This document shows positions 51,638 through 64,000 of a DNA stretch of 64,000 bases, one piece after another (positions within the stretch are counted from its first letter, which is position 1; each line of letters starts with the position of its first letter). Origin of the DNA: Eledone cirrhosa (lineage: Eukaryota); the NCBI GenBank assembly GCA_964016885.1, contig OZ024742.1:44082001-44146000 (forward strand), given 5' to 3'. Made by a program: the position numbers and the translations under genes. Under the pieces are notes generated by a model that was not told the origin of the DNA, searched no databases, and saw only the letters and a list, made by a program, of their open reading frames with translations.

Positions 51638-51670
51638 TATTGTTGTTATATTTTTTTTTATTATTTTCAG

Positions 51671-51895
51671 GTGTCTTCCTCTCAGAAAGTGCTAAGTAGT
51701 GACATGGCGTCACTAGTTGAAGCTATGAAAGTTGCTCAGCAGTACAACCTTGCCATGGAAGCTGAGTATCTGAAACGTATGCTTAAAGCTGCCCACACTC
51801 TAGCTATGGACTCTAAAAACTTGCTTGATACAGTCGACGTGACCCGCTTAAAATACAAACTTGTGCTGCAAATAGACGGCATTAAAACTACCTGA
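51671..51895 (+). CDS. PTK2: Focal adhesion kinase terminal coding exon, FAT helices 3-4 (VSSSQKVLSSDMASLVEAMKVAQQY...AAHTLAMDSKNLLDTVDVTRLK...*)
   Basis: Aligns to human IEMAQKLLNSDLGELINKMKLAQQY...MLTAAHALAVDAKNLLDVIDQARLK. TTTTCAG acceptor, TGA stop. Confidence 0.96.
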   Translation: MSSSQKVLSSDMASLVEAMKVAQQYNLAMEAEYLKRMLKAAHTLAMDSKNLLDTVDVTRLKYKLVLQIDGIKTT

Positions 51896-52814
51896 CTTCT
51901 CTGCTGACCACATTTTTGTGTTTCTTTACATACATTTCATCTTTAAAAAAAAAAGAATACAAAACAAACAAACAAAAACATAAACAAAAAGAAACTGTTG
52001 CTTCTTCTTTCTTCTCTTTAAACATCATTTTATCTTCCACCTCTTTCCTCCGCCCACCACTCATTTTTTTATTCCTCCTCCTATTCCTCCTCTGTACAGC
52101 TGAGAAGCACAGTGACTGAGCAAAGGTATCAGAAGGGGGGAGGGAGGGAGAGTTTGTGATTCATGGGTTTGTGGTCACGAGGTCATGTTTGCTACTTCAG
52201 GCATTGCAGTTTTTATGTGTCACTGTGCTGTGCGAGAGCCAGAGATACGTAATCCTATGTCATTCAGAGATAAATTCATCAGCCGTCTGAAGCATTATTA
52301 AACAAGTCGTTGAAACAACAGCATATCATTAGTATTTTAGACCATTTTCCTTGCCAAAGCAAGAATTAGCCTTGACGAGTTCATGACAAGCTTTATACTC
52401 ATCATGGAGTCCATTTTGAGGCAATGTTTTACAGTTGGATACCCTTCCTGGTGGCAACCCTTTTAGTCATTTCTTATGACCAGCAGGGATACACAGTGAC
52501 TGAAGTCAGTAAACAAGTCTTTGAAAGAAAGGATCAAATAATTATAAAAGAAACGAATGAAAGAGAATTTGATGAATGCTGTAGGTTTGGCAAGGCAGTA
52601 GCAGCGTGATGAGTGGTATTGATTTTTTTTTTTTTTTTTTTTTTTTTTTGAGAGGGTGGGGTTACTATGATCAAACTTCATCTGCCAACTGGTTAGATTT
52701 AAACAAAATGACACCATTTTTATAAACAGTCTGCTTTAGTCAGTTTGATTGCTGAAAGGTTGTTAATCTAGGAGACAGGTTGACATGAGCTTATTTCAGT
52801 AAATATTTCAAAGA

Positions 52815-53050
52815 AGCGTGGTGAATTAGCAGAGTTGTTAGAGTGTTGTATTAAATGCCTTGGGATTTGTTCCGACTCATGGCTATCTGAGTTTAAATCC
52901 TGCTGAGGTCAACTTTGCCTTTCAATCTTATAAGTTTGATGAATAAAGTACCAGTCCAGGGGCAGTAAATTGCAGAAATTGTTAAAGAGTTGGACAGGAT
53001 GCTTTGTGATATCTGATCTGGCTTTGTGCATTCTGAGTTCAAATCCTAGT
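52815..53050 (+). mobile_element. Two SINE family B fragments
   Basis: GGTGAATTAGCAGAG head, CTGAGTTTAAATCCTGCTGAGGTCAACTTTGCCTTTC, and a second head at ~52960. Confidence 0.65.
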
Positions 53051-54302
53051 TCATTCTGTCAGGAGTTGCAACCAGTAGATAGTATCAGTAATGAAAAAAA
53101 ACAATGGAAATATTGTTTCTTTGGTCCTATTTGACAATCAGCTCCTTTCTTTTCTCTTAAGTGAAAGATATTTGAGGTATTTAACTGTTCAGCATTGATA
53201 GTGATATGGGTTGGTGTCAGTGTTGTTGGAAATAGTTATATAAAGAAATAAGATGACTAATGCGAGGGGAAACATTATGAATTCCTGTTACCAAAGTTAA
53301 TCAATTAATAAGATCAGTATATGTGTACGTGTGGGTATGTGTGTGTGTGTGTGTGAATGCATACATATATATATATATCATCATTTGACATGTTTTCCCT
53401 GTTGGAGCCACTGACCTCTCAACTGGGTCAGGGTGCCACATTTCACCCACTCACTACGAAGTGCACTAGGTGCATTTTATCATTGCACCAGAGCTAGGAA
53501 GGTTTTCAGATGTGATGCCCTTCATATCACTAACCACGTTACAGAGTGTACTGGGTGCATTTTATTGTGGCACCTACATGAGACATTGTGCCCTTGACAC
53601 AACTGAGCCCTGGGCAAGGAGTGGGGTTGCTGATGAATTCACCTATGTGAGCTGTATTTGGGGTGGAATAGGATGGAGGAAGAACAGGTGTTGGGGTTTC
53701 TGTAAGTCAATGATAATGATGGATGAAGGTATGAAACAGACAAACTCCTATGCAGCTTTTTGTTGTGATATTTTAGTGATGATGCCACTATGATGGCCCA
53801 AAACCTCCTTAGTGTTGGTGCCATAATAAGTGTGTACGCTGTAAGGTGGATAGTGTTTGGAAAGGCATTCTGCTGTAGAAACCAGGCCAAAAATGGTCAA
53901 GAGCACTCTTCAATTGTTTCACGACAACTTCCCTGGTGTTGGTGCCATGATAAAACACCACAGTACACTCTGTAAAGTACAGAAATGTATGTAAGTATGG
54001 TGCACCCCTCCTGTTCTAACCCATCTGAGAGGTTAGTAGCTTCAATTAAGTACCTGACTGTCTGTAATGAGCCATCTAACCTTTGCTAGCAGAGAAAACG
54101 GACATTAGATGATAAACATTTATGTGTGCATACATACACACACGCACACACGCACGTACGTGTGTGTGTGTGTGTGTGTGTGTGTGAATCTGTCTGCAGG
54201 TACTTTAATCAAACAATTTGGTTGGGTGACTGGCATTTTTTTTACTGATCTGAGTGCTAATAGGTTAATTAAACTCCTATCAATTCTTTTTTACTCTACA
54301 CT

Positions 54303-54600
54303 GTTCTTGCAAGTCACAACTGCTCTTGTGGGTCACCACATCTCTTATAGGTGACTACAGCTCTTGTGCATCACCACTGCTCTTGCAGGTCACCTAAGGT
54401 CTTGTGGGTCACCTCAGCTCCCGTAGGTCACCTCAGTTCTCGTAGGTCACCACTGCTCTTGCGGGTCACCACAGTTCTTGCGGGTCACCACAGCTCTTGC
54501 GGGTCACTACTGCTCTTGCAAATCACCACTACCTTTGTAGGTCACTACTTCTCTTGCTGGTACACTGCTCTTGCTAGCACTATACTCTTGTGGGGTCATC
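54303..54600 (+). repeat. Degenerate ~19-bp tandem repeat
   Basis: Consensus about GTCACCACTGCTCTTGCGG, ~14 copies. Confidence 0.8.
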
Positions 54601-54829
54601 GTTTCTTTGTTCATGAGTTTTTCACTTAAAAGAAAAGAAACCCAACAACATTGAACCCCCTCCCCCAAAAAAAGAAAACACACACACACACACTTCTGCT
54701 GCTAGAGACTACCTGACTACCTGTCATGTCAGTGTGTGATTAAAACAGTTGGTGTTTTTTTTAATTTTAAATAATGTTTAAATAATTGTTGAAATTCTTG
54801 AACCATTGTTAAAATTCTTATAAAATTAC

Positions 54830-54847
54830 ACACAGACACATGCACAC

Positions 54848-54935
<88 letters not shown>

Positions 54936-55392
54936 ACATATATATGTGTGTGTGTGTGTGTATATATAAATATATATAGATCCGCATATGTAGATATATA
55001 TATATATCTATATATATGTATATACTTATATATATATATATGTATATGTGAATATATATATACACACATATATATGTGTCTGTATATATGTATATGTGTG
55101 TGTATATATATGTGAATATATATATATATTTGTGTATGTATATATATGTGAATATATATATATATATAAAATCCTAGAAAATGTTTTTGTTTTTTTTTTA
55201 TAAATTAACAAATTACAATCAAATTTTATCTAAAGTAATCTCAACTTGCATTTAGTTTTTTTACCCTGTAATATATATATATATACACACACACAAATAT
55301 GTATATACATACACACATAACTATGGCTAGTATAGGGCTTGAACCTACAACATTAGTGTTATTAGTATGATGCTGAAACAAACCTTACATAT

Positions 55393-55443
<51 letters not shown>

Positions 55444-55489
55444 AGCATGGAAAATAAACATAACACTGATGATATGTGGTGTGTATATA

Positions 55490-55524
<35 letters not shown>

Positions 55525-55570
55525 TTACATGTAATATAGATATAGATATATATATATTTACATGTAATAT
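54830..55570. repeat. Compound (TA)n/(TG)n/(CA)n microsatellite region
   Basis: Directly visible in the sequence. Confidence 0.9.
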
Positions 55571-56826
55571 AGATACAAAATAAGAATAATTCTATATAAC
55601 ATATAGAATAATTTCTATGATTCTTTCTTGTCAATTCTGTAATATAAGTTCTCATGACTATCAACCAGTCTGAGTCAAAATAGTTATCTTGTTTTGATCA
55701 AATTTTATATAAAAATATCTAAGATTTATTATTACTATTATTATTGACAGTGGAAAATGATTGAAACATAAATTTATTACCCTTAATAGCATTCACAATA
55801 CTAGCAGGCATAGAGGTATGTTGGTAGTGAATTCTCTGAAAAAAATGGATGAACTGAGGACACTGAAAAATCCTGGCATCCTCTGTGATTTTTGACAAAG
55901 AATTAGCCTTCTACCTACCAAAATGTATGCTACATGTCAATAAACCAGCTGTGACTGGTTTTCAAGAAAACTGTACTGTTTTTAAGGTAGCTCAGCTAGT
56001 TTGTTCCTGTTTTAATGCTAAAGGGTTTTAGTTTTATAGAAATAGAAATATAGGTTGTTGAACTATTAGTTTGCTGATTTTCAAACCAAGTTTTTTTATT
56101 TTGTTTTTACATACACATACTCTTGTGTGCATGTGTGTATATATATGTATATGTATGTGTATATATATGTATATGTGTGTGTATATATATATACATATAT
56201 ATATATGTGTATATACATACACACACAGGCACAAATGCATATACATATGTGCATGTATATGATATTGTATATCACTTAGTAGAAATGTTTTTAAAATATG
56301 ATTCTGATCTTGTTAAAAATAGAAATAAGCCTTTTAAAATATTATTCAATATCTATTTTCAACCTAAATATTTGGTGTTGTCAACATTGAGATAATAATG
56401 ACTTTTTTTTTTTTTTTAAATTAAATATCGACTATGAAGATTTTATATATATATATATGTATATGCATATATATAATAGTTATTGTTAGTATTCTAGAAA
56501 GTTTTTTAGTTCTGCTGTTAATCTTAGTTTTTTGGGGTATTTTATTACCTCTGTGTATCCCCTCTCCCCCATGTTACTTCTGTGTTACAAGAGTTTGGGT
56601 TTCCTGTTTTGTACATATTATATTTTATTTATACATATCTGAATTTTTACAAATACAACTACAGTAATAATAATAATGTTGATTTCTTCTTTTTTTTAAT
56701 AATTATAATAATGTTTCTAACAAATGCACATGGCCACATATTTTGGAAAAATTAAGAGTTGATTAACCATTTTGGTACCAACCTGCCTGAAATCGTTCCT
56801 AGTTCTACGATACAAAACTTCTTATT

Positions 56827-57042
56827 TTAACCCTTTAGCATTTACATTACTCTCTATATACTATTGTTTTTTCGGAGTAAAAGCTTTATCTCACATAATA
56901 TCGAATCTACGAGATTTTGATATTATTTATTTTGAGAACAGTTCCTTAACATCAGTATAAATGGCTGGTTACGACCAGTTTGAACAGAAAGAGGTGAGAG
57001 AATTCTGGCTGGATACGGCCAGTTTAAATGCTCAAAGGTTAA
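56827..57042. mobile_element. TTAA-flanked MITE, same family as 6241-6458
   Basis: TTAA-CCCTTTAGCATTTA ... TAAATGCTCAAAGG-TTAA. The internal sequence is reverse-complement similar to 6241-6458. Confidence 0.7.
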
Positions 57043-58208
57043 AGTCTTCATGTTTGAATTAAAACCTTCTGTCGTCAATTTATGTCAGAACCTTTTGTGA
57101 TGAGTTCCAGTTCCAAACATCAACTTAATGCAAAAGTTATTTTACTAAATACCACAACCTTTGATTATTTTAAAATCTCATTAAAACATGCTCAGTATTT
57201 CATTAGAAATATGGTCCCAAGAGGAAAAAGCACTAGATCAGTACCCTAGTACATAACTGGTACTTCAATAATAACAGCAACAGTGTGGCAAGATGAGTGT
57301 CATAAAAGAAGCAGACAACCGGATTAAGGTTCCAACCAAACTGACAGCATGGTGTGGTTTTCAGTTCTCTGTGGGATCAAATTCCCTTCATTTATACTGT
57401 TAACATTCTAGGAAGGAAAGGTGTGAATTCCACAACATCCCATCTTCCTAAACAAGGTTTTATGCAAAGAGAAAAAAACAATAGACTTCATAATGATATT
57501 GACGTTTTTATGACGTTCGCACAAGATCACAAATTTCAGTGCTAGCGGTAGTAGCCCATGGTAAGCCATGACCAAAAGGGGTCATTAACGTGATGAATGA
57601 AAAAAAAACAGAATATCTCAGCCTGTTTATGTAACATTTTCTGGTTATCTTGATAAATTATAAACAGCAACTTTGTTACTTGTGATATATCTATGTGTGT
57701 GTCTATATATAGTTATCAATGGACCACTGTCCGGTTCAACAATATGTACATTTGTGTGTGTATGTCTATATATATATTTATCAATTGACCACTGTTAGAT
57801 TCAACAACCAATGTTTCACTTGTTCAATCAACAGAATAGGCTACTCACTAAATTTTTAGGTAAATTCAGCATGATACAGTGATGTCAAAGCTGGCTCTTT
57901 GAATTACAGGTAGTCCATCTGACAGGCTTCCAAACAGTTTCCATCTACTGAATTTCACTGAAGTCTTGGTTCAACCTAAGGTTATGGTAAATAACATTTG
58001 CTCAAGCTACCATGCAGTGGGATCAAACCTGGAACCTAAAGATTTTATATATGATATAATAATAAAATAAAATAGAATACAGAAAAAAGCATGAAAAATT
58101 CCTCTAGAGAAAATTGGACTATTTTGGTAATGGGAGAATTAATAAGTCTGAACCTTAATCACCATGGTGCAAACTGACAAGCAGATAAATATCTTATTGC
58201 TGTAGAAG

Positions 58209-58242
<34 letters not shown>

Positions 58243-58767
58243 CAAGCACAAACTCGCTATCTTAAAAGATAGTGTATTTATCTTCTTACATATATGTAGG
58301 TCTATAGTAGATAAGAGATAGACTGGTAGATGGATCAATGGATAGATACATATAGATCGACGGATATATATACACACACATAGAGAAATAAATAGGCAGA
58401 TATTGTCATTTTCATTCACAGAAGCTAGTGGAATTTGTATGGGATTCTAAAACACATTATTACCAAACTTTATTTATATTAGTCATCTTGTCCATATAAA
58501 CATAATTTATATAACAAAGATGATTTATGAAAAAGTTAATTGAGTAACATACAGATAGGCAGACTGTGTGAGTGTATTTCTTACTGAAAAATATATATAG
58601 ACTGATGAGAATGTGTGTGTGTGTATATATTCTTGTATTTCAACATCACTGGTATAAAAATTGTTGCATATGTTCATTGGTTTTAGGGAAAAAACAGTAG
58701 ATATGTGTTACAAAGCACTCCATTGACTGAGTTATACAGATAGATATACCTTATTTAGAAGATATAT

Positions 58768-58801
<34 letters not shown>

Positions 58802-59688
58802 TCACACTGTAAAATGGTTGATGATAGGAAGGGCATTCAGCTGTAGAAAGTTTGGGAGGACCCTTCAGTTGTGCCAAAAACATGACAACCTCTCTAGTGC
58901 TGGGACCACAATAAAATAGACTTGGTAAAAAACAGAACCATATGTGATATGCCAACCCCCTGCTTGTCTGGGAGGTCAGAAGCCTCGCTTCAGTACAGAC
59001 TTGGTCTGTGAAGATCCATCCAACCCTCGCTAGCAGGGAAATTGGACAGTAAATGATGCTGATACATATATTCATTGATTTTCAATAATATCACTTGGAT
59101 AAAAACTTTGTAAATGATTTTAAAAGACAAAAAGGAAGTTGGTTTTTGTATGTTTTTGTTATTTCACATGCATAACTAGATGCTACAGACAAAGCATTCT
59201 CATTCTATATATATATGTATGATATATATTGTACTTTGTATGACTAAAGAAGGAGCCCTTGAAATTTCTAATTTCTCTCAAAAAGCAAGCATATTTGCAT
59301 ATGTATTTATTTCTTCATAATATTAATCAAGTTTGTGGTACTGACAGTTTCATTAATCATTTCACCCCTGGTTTACACCTTTTAGACAAACGTTGAATTA
59401 ATTATTGAAACTGTCTGTACCAAAACTTCAATCTCATGAAGAAATAAATAAATACATACATAAGTCTATATCATTAAACAATGAGATATATATATATATT
59501 ATTATAGTATATAATACCTAGCAGTCGGGCTTAAACTGTCCTGGTAGCAAACTTTTCCTATCAGCGATTTAAGCTTGACCATTGGGCATTATATCCTATT
59601 ATATCTTCACTCTATTTTCCTTAAGTCTGGTGTACTAAGTTAATGGTCTTACTGGTCTTAACTAGAAACATCTTATCCATATATATAA

Positions 59689-59719
<31 letters not shown>

Positions 59720-60599
59720 GCGTTAGGAAGGGCTTCCAGTCAAAATCAGTTCTGTGCAAAACATAGTCCTCTGATCTGATCTCTCACAAAGGGACAACCC
59801 GTTCTACCTATGCTAGCATGGAAAGTAGATGTTAAACAATGATGATATATATACATACATATACAAGGGAAAAGATACAAGCAACATTTTCTAATATTAG
59901 TTTATCTAGCCTGTATTCCCACAAATAGAAGTTTTGGTATTATATTGGTATAAATATATATATATATATATTATATACACACTAATTGAAGCTTTTTTCA
60001 TAGGTAATTAGTTGCAGATATATAAGATTGTAATGGACCTTCTCACATTTCATAAGATAACAAGTCCAGAGCTAGCCGTTAAAATATATAGACAATTAAA
60101 TGTATAAAATGTATAAAAAATGTCTTCTCATACCTTTCCTCTAGCCCAAGGACTATGGAATATCTGCATGTCTATATTTATTGTGTTGGGGTCACTGTTT
60201 TAGTAAAACCTACATACATATATCCATTTCTCTTTCTCTTTATATGCATGCATGATCTCATCAATCCTGAGGGAATCAAAGGGGCTTCATATTGACATAT
60301 AGCATTTCTAGGGCATTATTAAACCTCGTGGCCCCCAATCTTCTCCAGGCCTGAATACAACAGATTTCTTCCAGAGAAGGAAAGAGAGTGAAAAAGGGGG
60401 CTTTTATCGTGTCACCATCATGCCCACCTTACGAGGTGGACTGAGAGCTTTTAACCATTTTCAACAACATTGTGGGAGAGCATGTTCATGCTTGTATACA
60501 TGGGTTGAGTGAGAGTTGCATCTGATGTGGGGGTACTTAACTGGTGAAGGGTGTAGTCTTAAGACTTGGAAGGGTAGGGGGAGACGTGGTGCATACTAG

Positions 60600-60925
60600 A
60601 TGTTGCTTCATCCCATGCACATAAGAGGGTCTTCTGCTGTACTGCATAACACCATAGATCTCAATCCTCTGTCATTGCCTTTGAAAAGTGTGTCAGGTCA
60701 GCTTTTGTCACCTCATTCCAAGCTTTCATAGGTGTTCCTACTCCATAGCTTCCATCAACTTTGAGGGCTCTGCACCTTTTTATACAACTGTCATCCTTCA
60801 TACACATCCCATGTCCAAACCACCTCAATCTCCTCTCCTGCACACTGAAGCTGATTCCTCTTATGCCAAGTTCCTCAGCTCATTTGCGCTTTGCCGTTCA
60901 TGTATATTACTATAACACATGCATC
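60600..60925 (-). mobile_element. Older diverged RTE fragment related to copy C
   Basis: QERRLRWFGHGMCMKDDSCIKRCRALKVDGSYGVGTPMKAW is similar to the C-terminus of the 42100-43494 ORF. Confidence 0.85.
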
Positions 60926-60949
60926 GGAGCATGTATGTATGTATGTATA

Positions 60950-61170
60950 TCATCATCATCATTTAGCATCCATTTTCCATACTAGCATGGGTTAGACAAG
61001 TTGTCCTATTATGAGACAAATCAGATCAGATGACTGTGTCTTGCTCATACAGAACTGTTTCTGGCTGGATGCCCCTCCTAATGCTAACCACATGTACAAT
61101 GTGGACTGGGTGACTTTTGTTGTGGCACCAAAATGATCACTTTACAGTGTAGGCTGGGCACTTTTTGTCA
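60950..61170 (-). mobile_element. Short element with RTE-type 3' tail
   Basis: (CAT)n TTAGCATCCATTTTCCATACTAGCATGGGTT ... GGCTGGATGCCCCTCCTAATGC. Similar remnants lie at ~210-310, 2500-2545, 3110-3270, 4920-5050, 9940-10190, 53800-54110, 58800-59065, 59718-59845 and 61575-61780. Confidence 0.7.
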
Positions 61171-61969
61171 TGTCACTCCTTGGCTGAGTGCTCTCTCTCT
61201 GTAAATAAGCAGATAGGACTGTCAAATACATAAATCTGAATGTCCACATACATAAATAATACATTCCGAAAACAAAGCCAACAATAAACAAAATACCTAG
61301 TGGATAAGACCATCAAATGCCAAACTCCTAACTAATATACTCATCAAAACAAAGCTAATTACAAACTAAATGTCTATACTAGATCCAAGACACCATCCAT
61401 AATTCCTACCTCAAACTTCATCCATATTTCCTGACTCAAACTCCGTAAACCCAACACCAACTCGCTCTAAGTATAAGTATGGGGAAGACAGACTTTTTGA
61501 GGCTGCAGCCGTTATACTTCGTTGTTTCTGTATAAGAATAGACAATAAACAATATCTATTATTATCTGAATTCACTCTGTAAAGTGGTTGGTGTGGTGCT
61601 TCAATAAAATGGACATAGTATATTCTGGAACATGGTTGACTTAGAAAGCACATCCAACTATAGAAACCTTGCCAATTATGAAATATATAGCCAAAACACG
61701 GTTCCCTGGCTGGTCTAATATTGGACCAGGACAACCTGTTCAACCCATACAAAGATGGAAAGCAGGTGTACAATTATGATGGATTTCTGATCATATAATC
61801 AATGCACATATATAATGTATATATATATATATATGTGTGTGTATATGTATATATATCGGCCTGCCCGCCTAGCCAGTGGGATGGTGTCATCGTATGGCTA
61901 AAACAGCACGTACTATGACCAGCGGCGCCGAATGGCACCCGACAGACTGATCGGTCAGGGTGATATCAT

Positions 61970-62302
61970 TTCATCATTTCATTTTACGTCCACTTTTCCC
62001 TGCTTGCAAGGGTGGGACGGGAACTGATTCTGGCTAGATTTCTACAGCTGGATGCCCTTCCTAACACCAACCTCATTTACAGTGAGTGCTGGGTGCTTTT
62101 TTGCCGTGGCACCTCCATGACCACTTTGCAGTGGAATGATATGGACCCCAGTCCCTATCATCTCATTTCTACAGCTGAGTAAACTGGAGCAATGTGAAAT
62201 AAAGTGTCTTGCTCAAGGAAACAACACATCACCCAGTCTGAGAATTGAACTCACAACCTTTCGATTGCAAGGCCAATTCTCTAACCACTAAGCCATGTGC
62301 CT

Positions 62303-62304
<2 letters not shown>
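61970..62304 (-). mobile_element. tRNA-derived SINE with RTE-like 3' tail (family A)
   Basis: Reverse complement of 642-976 with few differences. Confidence 0.85.
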
Positions 62305-62348
<44 letters not shown>

Positions 62349-62447
62349 ATGATGATATGTATATATATATATACATGTCTATATATATATATATATATAT
62401 ATACATGTCTATATATATATATATACATGTGTATATATATATATATA

Positions 62448-63058
62448 TACGTTGGTATGGTCACGTGATGCGCATGAAAGACGACAGCTGTATAACAAAG
62501 TGCAGGGCAATAAAGATAGATGGTAGCCACGGAGTAGGCAGACCCAGAAAAACCTGGGACGAGCTGATAAATTCCGACCTCACACACTTACACCTCTCCA
62601 AGACAATGTCACTGGACCGAGACCTTTGGCGGTACTCAGTAATAGAGAAGACCCGCCTTACCTAAATACAAAGTAAAACCTACTACAGCCAGTAGGCATC
62701 TCTAACAAAAGACACCCCCGCCCCGCCACCCCCACACCATCCACACCGCCCCTTTCAATGTAAAGTTGTGTTGGTGCCGCAACATCCAGGCCGAAACAAA
62801 TGAGGTCGTGTAAGTGGTGTCACGACAAAAAAACACACAGTCCACACTGTAATGTGGCCATGTAGGCAACACGGTAAAAACCTCCCAGACCCACACTGTA
62901 AATGTGGTTGGTGTTAGGAAGGGCATCCAGCCGTAGAAAACCCGCCAGACAGTCCTATGCGAGCAATGACAACCACTCTTGTCTCAAGTGGGAAAACTCC
63001 TGTCCAAACCCATGCAAGCGTGGAAGATGGATGTTAAACGATGACGACGATGATGATG
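62448..63058 (+). mobile_element. RTE LINE, 5'-truncated copy D, in TA microsatellite
   Basis: [18 protein letters not shown]...SVIEKTRLT* plus 3' UTR and (GAT)n tail, nearly identical to copies A-C. Confidence 0.95.
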
Positions 63059-63070
63059 TATATATATGTA

Positions 63071-63125
<55 letters not shown>

Positions 63126-64000
63126 ATATATATATACATGTATATATATATATACATGTATATATATATATATACATGTGTATATATATATATATACATG
63201 TATATATATATATATATATACATGTATATATATATATATATATACATGTATATATATATATACATGTATATATATATATATATATACATGTATATATACA
63301 TGTATATATATATATATACATGTATGTATATATATACATGTATATATATATATATATACATGTATATATATATACATGTATGTATATATCATCTTGGTTA
63401 AGAGAGTGGGACTGGCTTTGTGCAGTGCCTTTGCTCACTATAAAAGCTTCACGGCACAGGCATTGCTTTATATCTGGAGATCTCTCTGCACTTGTCGTCA
63501 CATGGTACCATGGGCCCAGCACTATGTGTCAGTAATTGTCACAAGTGTAGTGTTTGTACCAGAGTTTTCAAGTCGCTGGCTGGACTAAAAAGTCACACTC
63601 GTTCAGCGCATCGGTAGGGGTTCTCCTACATGGATATAAAGTAGTGGCCGTACTCGAAAACGAGTTGGCAGCCACCATATATATATATATATACATGTAT
63701 ATATATATATATATACATGTATATATATATATATACATGTATATATATATATATATACATGTATATATATATATATATACATGTATATATATATATATAT
63801 ACATGTATATATATATATATATATACATGTATATATATATATATACATACATGTATATATATATATATACATGTGTATATATATATACATGTGTGTATAT
63901 ATATATATATACATGTACATATATGTATATATATATATACATGTATATATATGTACATGTATATATATGTATATATATATATACATGTATATATATGTAC
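63059..64000. repeat. [(TA)nCATG] palindromic microsatellite
   Basis: Repeated TATATACATGTATATA units, interrupted at 63390-63677. Confidence 0.9.
63390..63677 (+). mobile_element. 3' end fragment of a LINE with C-terminal C2H2 zinc finger (probably RTE-BovB-like)
   Basis: 63546-63617 translates [23 protein letters not shown]. The short 3' UTR has a hairpin, GTGGC..ACTCG-AAAA-CGAGT..GCCAC, and the fragment is embedded in TA repeats. Confidence 0.6.

Noticed and set aside
51896-57000. FAK 3' UTR end / polyadenylation site
   Set aside because: There are several AATAAA hexamers in AT-rich repeat-laden DNA, and none can be chosen without transcript data.
54818-63986. YIYI/CVCV-rich ORFs
   Set aside because: They are translations of TA/TG microsatellites.

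Overview
Eukaryotic, AT-rich, repeat-dense genomic DNA. The repeat families and protein content suggest a coleoid cephalopod such as Octopus, but this is inference. The window holds the 3' end of a focal adhesion kinase (PTK2/FAK-like) gene on the + strand: two probable linker exons and three exons encoding the FAT domain, with the stop at 51893-51895. The last intron (13746-51670, ~38 kb) is almost entirely repeats. It contains (i) a ~22.5 kb 46-bp minisatellite with nested higher-order duplications, (ii) head-to-tail chains of a SINE-like element, (iii) a 33-bp satellite built from the tail-head junction of that SINE, and (iv) three antisense copies of one RTE-clade LINE, all joined at the same nucleotide of the 33-bp unit. 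One of these copies is near full length (APE endonuclease, RT, PHD-like finger) with a single TAG and a probable homopolymer frameshift. Elsewhere are a 300-bp-arm inverted repeat carrying a minimal hammerhead-ribozyme-like motif in each arm, tRNA-SINEs sharing the RTE 3' tail, several MITE-like elements, older RTE fragments and many (TA)n tracts. Repeat boundaries were read by eye and are approximate.
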